Positions 1-8,494 of a DNA stretch of 33,314 bases are shown here, piece after piece. Made by a program: the position numbers and the translations under genes. The stretch is from NCBI GenBank assembly GCA_045633025.1, contig JAZQXS010000349.1, forward strand, positions 1 to 33,314, given 5' to 3'. Below the pieces are notes generated by a model. The model saw only the letters and a program-made list of their open reading frames with translations. It was not told the origin of the DNA and did not search any database. How positions within the stretch are numbered: position 1 is the first letter of the stretch; the number at the start of each line of letters is the position of its first letter. The stretch comes from Eubacteriales bacterium (GTDB taxonomy: Bacteria > Bacillota > Clostridia > Oscillospirales > CAG-272).

Positions 1-1660
1 TCTCATCACCGATAGCCAGAACCTCAGCGGGAGACTTGATGCGCTTCCAGGACAGCTCGGAGCAGTGAACCATACCGTCCACACCGCCCAGGTCGACGAA
101 TGCGCCGTAGCTGGTCATGGACTTGACGGTACCGGTGTAGATCTTGCCTTCCTCGATCTCCTCCCAGAAGGTCTTCTCCTTGGCGCGCTTCTCATCGCGG
201 AGAACCAGACGGATGGAGCCCTTGGCTCTCTTCTTCTCGCCGATCTCCAGGATGCGGAGGGTCACGGTCTGACCAACCAGAGTGGAGAGGTCGCCCTCAC
301 GGGGAATACCGGTGTGAGCGGCGGGGATGAATACGCGGTTGTCGAAGCAGATAGCCTCAACGCCGCCCTTGTTTACGGAAATGACCTTACCCTCAATGTT
401 CTCGCCGTTCTCGTAAGCGGACACGATATTGAGCCAGTTCTTGTCGGAATCAACGCGCTTCTTGGAGAGCTCAGCGAAGCCGTCGCGGTCGCTGACACGA
501 ATCACGAATGCCTCCACCTCATCTCCGATTTTGAACATCTCGCTGAGTTTTGCGGAAGGATCGTCGGTGATCTGCTCCAGCTTGATGACGCCGGTGACTT
601 TGGCGCCCAGGTCAAGCTGAATCTCGCCTGCACTAATGCTGGTAATAATACCGGTCACAGTATCTCCTGTATTTAATGTCTTGAGGGAATCCTCAAGCAG
701 TTCCGCGAAGTTTTCGTTCATGGTTTCGCTCATGTTGTTTGTTACCTCCTCAATAATGTCGTGGGGGGTTGAAGCCCCTGCCACGATGCCTACCCGTTGG
801 CAGGCTAACGGAATCTCCTGCGGCAGCTCGCCTGCCTGCTCCACCCACACGGTGTCAGCGCAAATGTTCTTGCAGATCGCATAGAGCTTGGCGGAGTTTG
901 AACTGTCTCTACCTCCGATCACGATCATGCGGTCGCATTTGCGTGCGAGGGACGCGGCCTCGGTTTGCCTGGAGTCCGTAATACTACAAATTGTATCATA
1001 AATATATGGACGTGTAAAGATGAAATTGTAAATTTTTTTTGTCTTTTCCCATTCTTCCAGCTTTTGTGTGGTTTGCGCCACCAAAATCGGCGTCAGGGAG
1101 CCGTCCGTGGGAACCGCGCCCGCGTTCAGTAGCTCTTCGGCTTCCTTGGCCGTATTGAAGATCAGCTTTTTCCCCTCAAAGCGGCTGATGAAGCCCACCA
1201 CCTCGGGGTGATCGGCCGCGCCCAGCACCGCGAGAAAGCGGTCATCCTTCCCTGTTCTTGCCCGCGCCTCCAAATTTTTTTCGTTATGCTCGGCGGCGAT
1301 GCGGTGGATCTTTTTGACAAAGGAGCAGGTGCAGTCCACGAAGGAGAATGCGGGATTTTGGGCGGCCAGACGGTTTAGCAGCGCTTCGGTATCGGCGGTC
1401 ATGCCGTGGGCGCGGACAAAGACCTTGACCGGCGACTCGGCGGTCGCCTCCGGGCAGAGCCGCTCCAGATCGGAGGCGCCGATCACGGTGACGCCGCCCT
1501 GCTCCAGGCGTTGGTTGTAGATCTCGTTATGGATCAATCGCCCGAGGGTAAAGATGCGCTCCCCGGGAACGGGATGCTTCATTTCCTGCTCGACGGATGC
1601 CGTGGCGCGGGCAACGCCGAAGCAGAAACCGGCGTTTTTGGCGACGAGGATCTCCCGCAT
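1..1660 (-). CDS. ispH: Bifunctional 4-hydroxy-3-methylbut-2-enyl diphosphate reductase (IspH/LytB) / 30S ribosomal protein S1 fusion; 3' end runs off the window
   Basis: Missing from the ORF track because there is no stop codon in the window. Manual translation from ATG 1660 gives MREILVAKNAGFCFGVARA...DCTCSFV...DTICSITDSRQ...SSNS...AGASTP (three Fe-S Cys and the IspH motifs). It continues in frame (927 nt) into MSETMNENFAELLEDSLKTLNTGDTV and S1 repeats. Confidence 0.93.
   Translation of the reverse strand, partial: MREILVAKNAGFCFGVARATASVEQEMKHPVPGERIFTLGRLIHNEIYNQRLEQGGVTVIGASDLERLCPEATAESPVKVFVRAHGMTADTEALLNRLAAQNPAFSFVDCTCSFVKKIHRIAAEHNEKNLEARARTGKDDRFLAVLGAADHPEVVGFISRFEGKKLIFNTAKEAEELLNAGAVPTDGSLTPILVAQTTQKLEEWEKTKKIYNFIFTRPYIYDTICSITDSRQTEAASLARKCDRMIVIGGRDSSNSAKLYAICKNICADTVWVEQAGELPQEIPLACQRVGIVAGASTPHDIIEEVTNNMSETMNENFAELLEDSLKTLNTGDTVTGIITSISAGEIQLDLGAKVTGVIKLEQITDDPSAKLSEMFKIGDEVEAFVIRVSDRDGFAELSKKRVDSDKNWLNIVSAYENGENIEGKVISVNKGGVEAICFDNRVFIPAAHTGIPREGDLSTLVGQTVTLRILEIGEKKRAKGSIRLVLRDEKRAKEKTFWEEIEEGKIYTGTVKSMTSYGAFVDLGGVDGMVHCSELSWKRIKSPAEVLAIGDE
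990..1018 (-). promoter_or_regulatory. Putative internal sigma-A promoter within ispH (TTTACA-17-TACAAT with extended -10 TG)
   Basis: Minus strand reads TTTACA cgtccatatatttatga TACAAT, inside an AT-rich patch of a GC-rich gene, ~255 nt upstream of the S1-domain Met. Confidence 0.55.
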
Positions 1661-1661
1661 A

Positions 1662-2306
1662 TCAGTCCCCCAGCTCGCAGACGCGCTCGAAGAGCAGATC
1701 GGCGATGCGCTGGTACTCGCCGGGAGCCTCGGGGTCATAGCCCAGCTCCTCCACCGTGACGGGCTTGCCTACGATGACCTCCTTCTTACAGAGGAAGCGG
1801 TGGCGGTTATTATTGACCTTCACGAACACGGGAAGCACCTGCACGTCGGCCTTCTGAGCGATCATGGCCGCGCCGGTTTTGACGGATGTTTCACGGGGAT
1901 CCACGCCGTTGTAGCGGTGGCCCTGGGGGAACATGCCCACGCAAACGCCCTGCTTGAGCATGTCGATGGTATGGCGGATAGCGCCCACGTCGGCGCCGCC
2001 CCGGTTGACGGGGTAAGCGCCCAGCGCGCGGATGAGCAGATTGAGCAGAGGGATCTTGAAGAGCTCCTTCTTGGCCATGAAGTGGGGCTGTTGGTGCTTG
2101 AGAGCGCAGCACAGGTAGATGGGATCCGCCCAGGTGCGGTGGTTGGCGATGACCAGATAGGTACCCTGCTCGGGGGTAGGCTCGTTTTCGGCGCCCGTGA
2201 CCTTCATGTGGCAGAGGAAACGGACGGGATAGGTCAGGGTTACCTTGACGAACTTGTAGAGGCCGCTGATGGGCTTCATGGGCTTTTTCTGTTTACCGTT
2301 ACTCAT
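1662..2306 (-). CDS. plsC: 1-acyl-sn-glycerol-3-phosphate acyltransferase
   Basis: NHRTWAD (HxxxxD) and FPQGHR motifs; canonical cmk-plsC-ispH order. Confidence 0.9.
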   Translation of the reverse strand: MSNGKQKKPMKPISGLYKFVKVTLTYPVRFLCHMKVTGAENEPTPEQGTYLVIANHRTWADPIYLCCALKHQQPHFMAKKELFKIPLLNLLIRALGAYPVNRGGADVGAIRHTIDMLKQGVCVGMFPQGHRYNGVDPRETSVKTGAAMIAQKADVQVLPVFVKVNNNRHRFLCKKEVIVGKPVTVEELGYDPEAPGEYQRIADLLFERVCELGD

Positions 2307-2983
2307 TTTTGTTCCTCCAATGCGTGATGGATGACCGAGAGCAGAGCGCTTAAAGCTTCGTCGAAGCCTTCATAGGAATTGTCGAAGTGAATGGCGTCGG
2401 GGGCGGCGACGGCGGGGGCGACGTCGCGGCTTCGATCCTGCTCGTCCCGCTTTTCCATGTCGGCCAGTACGGTTTCAAAGGAGGCGGGCATTCCCTTTTC
2501 CTCCAGCTCCTTGACGCGGCGGCGGGCGCGTACCTCGTTGGAGGCCGTCAGAAAGATCTTCACGTCGGCGTCGGGGAGGATGACGGTGCCGATGTCACGG
2601 CCGTCCATGATGACCGAATTCGTGCGGGCGAGCTCCTTCTGGGTATCCAGCAGGAAGGCGCGCACCGCGGGGATCGCCGACACCTTGGAGGCGTACATGG
2701 AGATCTCGTTTTCGCGGATGCGGTCGCCCAGATTTTCTCCGTTGAGGTAGACGCATTGGACTCCGTCCTCGTAGCGAACCTCGATGGAGATCTCTCCCAG
2801 AAGAGGTATAAGCTCGGTAATGTTCTCCAAGGTGATACCCTTGGAGCGGGCAAAGTAACCCACGGTACGGTACAGCGCGCCCGTGTCCACGTAAATGATA
2901 CCCATGGCCTTGGCTACGGCTCTGGAAAGAGAGGATTTTCCTGCTCCGCTGGGGCCGTCAATGGCAATTTGGATGTGAGACAT
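2303..2983 (-). CDS. cmk: Cytidylate kinase
   Basis: IAIDGPSGAGKS P-loop, DTGALYR and DGRDIGTVILPDA motifs. Start set at ATG 2983, which has an AAGGAG SD. Confidence 0.95.
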   Translation of the reverse strand: MSHIQIAIDGPSGAGKSSLSRAVAKAMGIIYVDTGALYRTVGYFARSKGITLENITELIPLLGEISIEVRYEDGVQCVYLNGENLGDRIRENEISMYASKVSAIPAVRAFLLDTQKELARTNSVIMDGRDIGTVILPDADVKIFLTASNEVRARRRVKELEEKGMPASFETVLADMEKRDEQDRSRDVAPAVAAPDAIHFDNSYEGFDEALSALLSVIHHALEEQK

Positions 2984-3054
2984 GATTGGCTCCTTTTTTT
3001 GATGTATTGGGGAACTTGCAAGGGGAATTTTGTTGTTTTTTGGATGGTTCTTTT

Positions 3055-4320
3055 TCATCCCCACACGGCCGATTGAGCGGCAAGACGGGCGGTGGAGAAG
3101 GCGATCTGCAAGTTGAAGCCGCCGGTATAGGCGTCCACGTCCAGGATCTCGCCGGCGATGTAGAGGCCGTCGGTCAGCTTGGATTGCATCGTCTTGGGAT
3201 CCACCTCGCTGACCTTGACGCCGCCCTTGGTGATGATGGCCTCGGCGATGGGGCGGGGGCGGATGGGATGGAGCTTGATGCCGTGGAGCACCGAAATCAG
3301 GCTCTTTCGTTGCTCCTTGGTGATGGCGTTGACCTTACAGCGGGGATCAATGCCCGAGAGCTCCACCACGGGCTCGATGGCCTTGACGGGCAGAAGATCC
3401 GACAGGGCGTTGATGAAATCGCGGTTCGCGTATTTCTTGAAATCTGAGAGGATGCGGGCGTCCAGCTCGGCCTCGTCCAGCGCGGGCTTCAAATTGATAT
3501 GCAGCTCGTACTTGCCGGATTCCACGTCGGGAATGTGCGCCGAGGCACTCAGGATCAGGGGGCCTGTCACACCGTAGTGGGTGAAGAGCATCTCGCCGAA
3601 ATCCTCATAGATGCACTTGTTTTTGGCGGTATCCAGGACACGGAGACGGACGTTTCGCAGGGAAAGCCCCATCATGCGGGCGCAGAGGTTCCCTTCGCAG
3701 ACCAGCGGAACCAGGGAGGGGCGCGGGGGGATGATGGTGTGTCCCGCCTGCTCGGCCAGCTTGTAGCCGTTTCCGTCGGAGCCCGTCACGGGATAGGATG
3801 CGCCGCCCGTGCAGAGAATGGCGGCATCCACGGCAATTTCCCGATTGCCCACGCGGAGCGCGGAGACCCGCGGCTTTCCGTTCTCGTTCGTTGTGCGGAT
3901 GGCGTTGACCCGCCCTTGCAGCGTGGTCACGCCCAGCTCGCGGCAACGGCGTACCAAGGCCTCCACCACGTCTCCCGCGCGGTCGGATACGGGGAATACC
4001 CGTTTACCGCGCTCTACCTTCAAGGGGACGCCCAGCTCCTCAAAGTACGCCCGGGTGTCCTTGGTATCGAAGGCGGCCAGCGCCGCGTACAGGAAGCGGG
4101 GGTTGGTGGGGACGTTGGAGAGAAACTCATCGCGGTCGCAATCGTTGGTGAGGTTACAGCGTCCCTTGCCCGTGATGCGGAGCTTTTTGCCCATGCGGTC
4201 GTTCTGCTCAATGAGCAGGATCTCGTCGGTATCGGGATCGCGGATCTCGGCGGCGTAAGCGGCGGCCATGAGTCCGGCGGCACCGCCTCCGATGATGGCA
4301 ACGGTTCTTTTTTCTGACAT
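3055..4320 (-). CDS. HI0933/YhiN/BaiN-family NAD(P)/FAD-dependent oxidoreductase
   Basis: GGGAAG, GKKLRITGKGRCNLTN, GRVFP-like, T.GGV and GE.LDVD..TGGFNLQ.AFS motifs. Confidence 0.92.
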   Translation of the reverse strand: MSEKRTVAIIGGGAAGLMAAAYAAEIRDPDTDEILLIEQNDRMGKKLRITGKGRCNLTNDCDRDEFLSNVPTNPRFLYAALAAFDTKDTRAYFEELGVPLKVERGKRVFPVSDRAGDVVEALVRRCRELGVTTLQGRVNAIRTTNENGKPRVSALRVGNREIAVDAAILCTGGASYPVTGSDGNGYKLAEQAGHTIIPPRPSLVPLVCEGNLCARMMGLSLRNVRLRVLDTAKNKCIYEDFGEMLFTHYGVTGPLILSASAHIPDVESGKYELHINLKPALDEAELDARILSDFKKYANRDFINALSDLLPVKAIEPVVELSGIDPRCKVNAITKEQRKSLISVLHGIKLHPIRPRPIAEAIITKGGVKVSEVDPKTMQSKLTDGLYIAGEILDVDAYTGGFNLQIAFSTARLAAQSAVWG

Positions 4321-4362
4321 AATGATCTTTTATCTCCATTCTGCCGCGCGCGGCGGAGCGGT

Positions 4363-5226
4363 TTATCCTTGGTTCTTATCGTACACGTCGTATTCGTCCC
4401 AGAGGCGCTCTAATTTCTGCAATCGCTCGTGAACCTCCTCCTTGCGGGCGCGGGAGACCGCTACGACCATCGCATTGATGAGGGAGAGGGGCGCGACCAG
4501 GGAATCCACGTAGGAGGCCATGTCGCTTTGGGCGATGAGCACCTGTTGGGCGGAGGCGGCGATGGGGGATTCGGCGCTGTCGGTCAGCGCGACCACATCG
4601 GCTCCTGCGCGGCGGGCGAATTCGACCGCCTTGATGACACGCTTGGAATAGCGGGGGAAGCTGATGGCGACCATCACATCGCCCTCGCCGATGGACATCA
4701 TCTGCTGGAAGAGCTCACTGCCCGCGGTGGCGTCGATGAGACGGACGTTATCGAAGATCATTTGCAGGCTGTATCCGAAAAAGTTGGCCAGCATGGCGGA
4801 GGAGCGGACACCGATGATGTAGATGGTCTTCGCCCGGACGATGGCATCGACGGCATCCTGGAACGCGGCGCGGCTGATGTTATCCAGGGTGTAGCGGATG
4901 TTGTCCACGTTGGTCATCAGAACCTTTTCCAGAACGTCGCCGTCTCCGATGAGGTGATTGGTGACCTCCATGCGCTGGAAGGAGGTGAGCTTGGTGCGGA
5001 TGAGCTCCTGGAGAGCCTTTTGGAATTCCGGATAGCCCGCGTAGCCCAGCTCCATCACGAAGCGAACCACGGTGGACTCGGAGACACTGACCTCCTGCCC
5101 CAGCTTGGCGGCGGTCATGTAAGCGGCTTTATCGTAGTGAGCGAGCAGATAGCGGGCGATCTGACGCTGGCCCTTGGAAAAGCCGTCCATATTTTCTTCA
5201 ATGGTGCGGAGGATATCGCGTTTCAT
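4363..5226 (-). CDS. MurR/RpiR-family transcriptional regulator (HTH + SIS)
   Basis: VSESTVVRF..LGY.GYPEFQ HTH; SIS domain ISFPRYS...ALTDS..SP. Confidence 0.92.
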   Translation of the reverse strand: MKRDILRTIEENMDGFSKGQRQIARYLLAHYDKAAYMTAAKLGQEVSVSESTVVRFVMELGYAGYPEFQKALQELIRTKLTSFQRMEVTNHLIGDGDVLEKVLMTNVDNIRYTLDNISRAAFQDAVDAIVRAKTIYIIGVRSSAMLANFFGYSLQMIFDNVRLIDATAGSELFQQMMSIGEGDVMVAISFPRYSKRVIKAVEFARRAGADVVALTDSAESPIAASAQQVLIAQSDMASYVDSLVAPLSLINAMVVAVSRARKEEVHERLQKLERLWDEYDVYDKNQG

Positions 5227-5287
5227 GGGTTTTCATTGTCCTTTGATCTATAAATTCCGAAAAGTCGGGAAATCGCATACATAATCT

Positions 5288-5316
5288 ATTATAGCACAAC
5301 GCGAAGGAAAAGTCAA
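5288..5316 (-). promoter_or_regulatory. Sigma-A promoter of the rpiR-HI0933-cmk-plsC-ispH unit
   Basis: TTGACT-17-TATAAT with a TG extended -10. Confidence 0.75.
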
Positions 5317-5347
5317 GGTTTTTGCAAGATGCGGATGAAGAAATTGC

Positions 5348-5383
5348 AAAAAAGTCAAGGCGGCTCATGCGAGCCGCCTTGAC
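5348..5383 (-). terminator. Intrinsic terminator after the SH3 lipoprotein gene
   Basis: Perfect 13-bp stem GTCAAGGCGGCTC/GAGCCGCCTTGAC, 4-nt loop, followed by U6 on the minus strand. Confidence 0.85.
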
Positions 5384-5396
5384 AGCAGACATCCGG

Positions 5397-6941
5397 TTAT
5401 ACCGCGGGCGGTGTTTCGGAGAGGTATTTCATGCTGACGTAGGCGAAGCCTTCGTCGCAATCGTAGGCGATCTTACACCAGTTCCCTTCTGCGCCGAACC
5501 CGGTCTCCAGTACGGTAACCGTGTCGCCCAGGTGAAGCCCTGCCCCGCGGATGATGTTATCGGAGCCTACCGAAGAATCGGGCGCGGTGCGGACGTTCAG
5601 GGAGTAGGCGGTGACGTACATCACGACGCCCTGCATGGACGGCGCGGGCTGCTCCGTCTCTTCGGCCGCGGAAACGACCATGCCGTAATTCATGTAGCCC
5701 GAGTAGGTGGCGGTCACCTTCACATAGGCGCCGTTTTCGGGGCGAATCAGGAGGCTGTCGGGATAGATCAGCCAGAACTCCATGCCCTCCCCCACAGACA
5801 GGTACGCCTCTCCTTCCTCGTCCACGCGGAGGAAGCCGTACAGGGTGAAGTTTTTGTCGATGTAGTAGTCGTCGTAGCTGCAGAAGAAGCCGTACTGGGT
5901 CTCCACGTCATACGCGGATTCTCCGCCGCCGATCACGTAGTTGTTTCCGTCCAGAGGCAGGCCGGCGAAGGCGGCTTCCTCGGGATCGATATCGGGCAGC
6001 TCGCTTCCGAACACCTCGCCGTAGGTGGCCTCCATGTAGGCGTCATCGTTGGCGGGAGCCTGAATGGTGGGAAGCGCGTAATCCACGGACGTTTCGGAGG
6101 ATACGGAAATCGGCTCGCCGCCGGTCAGTTCGGCGGGCAGAACCCAGGTGAAGCGCATGGAGGTCATGAGCCCCTCAGGGGAGATGATGATCTCAAAGGT
6201 CAAGTCCGACCCTTCGGTGGTTTCATCCAACAAAAGGTCGTTCAGCTCGGGGCTCAGCTCCACCGACGTGAGAACTGCGGAGCCGTCCTCGAGACGGATT
6301 CCGCTCCAGGAGGAGGCCAGCAGGCCTGCGGTCATGGATTGGTCATCGGCGTCCTCGCCGGTACCGCCGGCGTTCATGACGTAAAGCTCCTGCTTTTCCT
6401 CGTCGGTCAGGGGAATGCGGTAAGCCACGTCGGTGACGAATTCGCCGTCATCGTAGGAGCTGACGTAGTAAGCCGTGTTTCCAACCACCGTCAGCGCCTC
6501 GGTCATGCCCAGGGCAGAATACACGAGGCGGAAGTCCGAACCGTTCTGGCTGAAGGTTTCAAGGGACGTGAGTTCCCCGTCCATGAGGATCTTGGTGGTA
6601 GACGAGCCGTCGGTGATGGTCTGATCCGCTTCCAGCGCGGAGGTCAGGAGCGCCGTGGCCTCGGCAGAGGTGATGGCGTTGGGATCGACTGCATCCGTTT
6701 CGACCGTATGATCCGGGTCGGTTTCCGCATCGGTGACGGGCTCGGTTTGGGTATCGGAGGTGATATCAGAGGTGGTGCCGGAAACGTCGGGCTCCGTGAC
6801 CTTGTCAGTAATGGAGACCGTGGTATCCCCGCTCGTGTCGGCGGACGGGTCTTTATCTTTACTGCAGGCCGTTGTTGCGACCGCAGAGGACAGCAGAAGG
6901 GCGGCGAGGAGAATGGTCAGGGTGTGCTTGGTTTTTTTCAT
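5397..6941 (-). CDS. Acidic lipoprotein with C-terminal SH3b-like domain (hypothetical)
   Basis: Signal peptide ending TTAC (lipobox-like), D/T/S-rich linker, and C-terminal SLNVRTAP...LHLGDTVTVL...WCKI...AYVSMKYL, typical of bacterial SH3. GAAAGGA SD. Confidence 0.8.
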   Translation of the reverse strand: MKKTKHTLTILLAALLLSSAVATTACSKDKDPSADTSGDTTVSITDKVTEPDVSGTTSDITSDTQTEPVTDAETDPDHTVETDAVDPNAITSAEATALLTSALEADQTITDGSSTTKILMDGELTSLETFSQNGSDFRLVYSALGMTEALTVVGNTAYYVSSYDDGEFVTDVAYRIPLTDEEKQELYVMNAGGTGEDADDQSMTAGLLASSWSGIRLEDGSAVLTSVELSPELNDLLLDETTEGSDLTFEIIISPEGLMTSMRFTWVLPAELTGGEPISVSSETSVDYALPTIQAPANDDAYMEATYGEVFGSELPDIDPEEAAFAGLPLDGNNYVIGGGESAYDVETQYGFFCSYDDYYIDKNFTLYGFLRVDEEGEAYLSVGEGMEFWLIYPDSLLIRPENGAYVKVTATYSGYMNYGMVVSAAEETEQPAPSMQGVVMYVTAYSLNVRTAPDSSVGSDNIIRGAGLHLGDTVTVLETGFGAEGNWCKIAYDCDEGFAYVSMKYLSETPPAV

Positions 6942-7014
6942 GAATGGTTCCTTTCTTTATTTTGGGGATGCGCGTAACGCGCCGTGATCGCGATGTGGAA
7001 AACGGCGGAGTTAG

Positions 7015-7068
7015 ATCGTTGGATCGATGATCGTTGACCGATCATCGTTGACCGATCATCGGTCAACG
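7015..7068. repeat. 14-bp direct repeat ATCGTTGACCGATC (two exact copies, one degenerate) plus one inverted copy
   Basis: 7030-7043 and 7044-7057 are identical. CGTTGACCGAT-C-ATCGGTCAACG (7046-7068) is a perfect 11-bp-arm palindrome. Confidence 0.85.
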
Positions 7069-7074
7069 TGACTT

Positions 7075-7103
7075 ATTATAGCACAGCTTGGGCGTATTGT
7101 CAA
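7075..7103 (-). promoter_or_regulatory. Consensus sigma-A promoter of the lipoprotein gene
   Basis: TTGACA-17-TATAAT with a TG extended -10 (perfect consensus). Confidence 0.85.
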
Positions 7104-7117
7104 GGTCTTTTGCATGG

Positions 7118-7153
7118 AAAAAAGAACCGAGCAGATCATTCCCTGCTCGGTTC
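7118..7153 (-). terminator. Intrinsic terminator overlapping the end of the MBL hydrolase gene
   Basis: 11-bp stem GAACCGAGCAG/CTGCTCGGTTC followed by U6 on the minus strand. Confidence 0.8.
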
Positions 7154-8080
7154 CTGTCCCGTGGAGGTGAATACGATACTTCCCTCCAGGTCGGTTCGAA
7201 AAACGGATATATGGAGTTCGTCACAGCGCGCCAGCACCGCCTGATCGGGGTGGCCGTGGCTGTTTCCCTTCCCGCAGGAGATCACCCCGAAGGCAGGGGA
7301 TACAGCTCTTAAAAACGCATCCTTCGAGGATGTGGCGGCTCCGTGGTGCCCCAGCTTGAGGATATCGCAATCCAGCATCCCTCCGGGCGCGGCGCCATAC
7401 TGCCGAAGCAACGCTTCCTCGGCGGCGGACTCGGCATCCCCGACGAAAAGCGCCGAGGTTTCACCGAAATCGACCCGCAGGATCACGCTGTGGTCGTTTA
7501 GATGGGGGCAATTGCTCCCCGGGCAGACCCCCTGCCCGCAGGAATCCGGCAACGGAGCCAGTACGGCGCAGGTGAGGCCGCCCACCCGAAACGATTGTCC
7601 GGGGGACGCTGTGATAACCTCGCACCCCTCGGAACGGATTGCGGCGGCCAGATTGGACGAGTCGGGGGAATCGTGGGACAGATCCGGGAGCACCACGCGC
7701 AGGGGGCGGTATCGAAGGATGATCCCGTCCGCCCCGCCGATGTGATCCTCGTCGGGATGGGTAAATACGGCGTAAACCAGCTCGGTGACACCCAGCATGT
7801 CCAGATAAGCCAGGATGCGCTCCTCGGCGGCGTTGGTACCGCCGTCAATGAGGATATCCCCTTCGGCCGTTCGGATTAAGGCGGCGTCGCCTTGCCCGAT
7901 GTCTATGAAATGGAACTGCACTTCTCCGTCGCGAAGCGCGCGCGGTGAGGGGAGATGCTTCCCGTCCCGTTGCCACAGCAGACAAGCTGCGAGCAAAAGC
8001 AACAGAGCCGCCCCGACTACCGTTGTACGGATGAGACGATATTGTTTACGGACACGGCTCGATGGATCGCGGCGGCTCAT
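7136..8080 (-). CDS. ComEC/Rec2-like MBL-fold metallo-hydrolase, N-terminally membrane-anchored
   Basis: HFIDIGQGDA, THPDEDHIGG, GDAE, KLGHHG, GHP and RTD..G motifs. Start at ATG 8080 with an AAGGAG SD. No multi-TM Competence domain. Confidence 0.85.
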   Translation of the reverse strand: MSRRDPSSRVRKQYRLIRTTVVGAALLLLLAACLLWQRDGKHLPSPRALRDGEVQFHFIDIGQGDAALIRTAEGDILIDGGTNAAEERILAYLDMLGVTELVYAVFTHPDEDHIGGADGIILRYRPLRVVLPDLSHDSPDSSNLAAAIRSEGCEVITASPGQSFRVGGLTCAVLAPLPDSCGQGVCPGSNCPHLNDHSVILRVDFGETSALFVGDAESAAEEALLRQYGAAPGGMLDCDILKLGHHGAATSSKDAFLRAVSPAFGVISCGKGNSHGHPDQAVLARCDELHISVFRTDLEGSIVFTSTGQEPSRE

Positions 8081-8103
8081 GGTGGACTCCTTTCGAAAAA
8101 ATA

Positions 8104-8484
8104 TAGGCGATTGCAAAATGCAGGGGCTCCACCCGCCGCGCTATGCTCGGAGGCTACCCTATTCAGGGACTTTTGCAAAAGACCCTTACGAATCCTCAAA
8201 ATGTTATTTATGGGAATCTCTAAAAATTCATCGCACAAAAAATCGGCGGAATCTTTTCCGTGATATTTCACAAAATCCCTTCGCGTAGGATGAACTACGC
8301 GCGCGGAATTTTGTTTCATCTGACGAAAAATCTTCTCGCCGATTTTCATACACTGAATATTTAGAGATCCCCTTATCAAAATTTTTGAAGGCTTTGGGAG
8401 TTCCAAGACCCTTTTTTCAAAAAAGTTCTTGGTGGGGAGCCGTGGGCAAAGCCCCCCGGATCACCCGAGTTTTGCAATCGGCTA
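8104..8484. mobile_element. MITE-like element family B, copy 1 (interrupted by a family A element)
   Basis: Terminal inverted repeats TAGGCGATTGCAAAA ... TTTTGCAATCGGCTA. Colinear, in inverted orientation, with 32829-33029, including the internal hairpins GGGACTTTTGCAAAAGACCC and AAGACCCTTTTTTCAAAAAAGTTCTT. Confidence 0.75.
8211..8373. mobile_element. MITE-like palindromic element family A, copy 1 (163 bp, flanked by TA...TA)
   Basis: TIR GGGAATCTCTAAAAATTCA ... TGAATATTTAGAGATCCCC. By hand count, 138/161 positions are identical, without indels, to the reverse complement of 16449-16609. Confidence 0.82.
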
Positions 8485-8494
8485 AAAAAGAAAA

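Noticed and set aside
2984-3064. Longer ORF-track starts for cmk (also 8116, 10392, 12691, 23484, 25572, 27393, 29002)
   Set aside because: Downstream ATGs have SD-like sequences and better match family N-termini; several of the extensions overlap promoters, repeats or neighbouring genes.
7136-8080. Calling the MBL protein comEC
   Set aside because: It lacks the multi-pass Competence channel domain; only the MBL domain is present.
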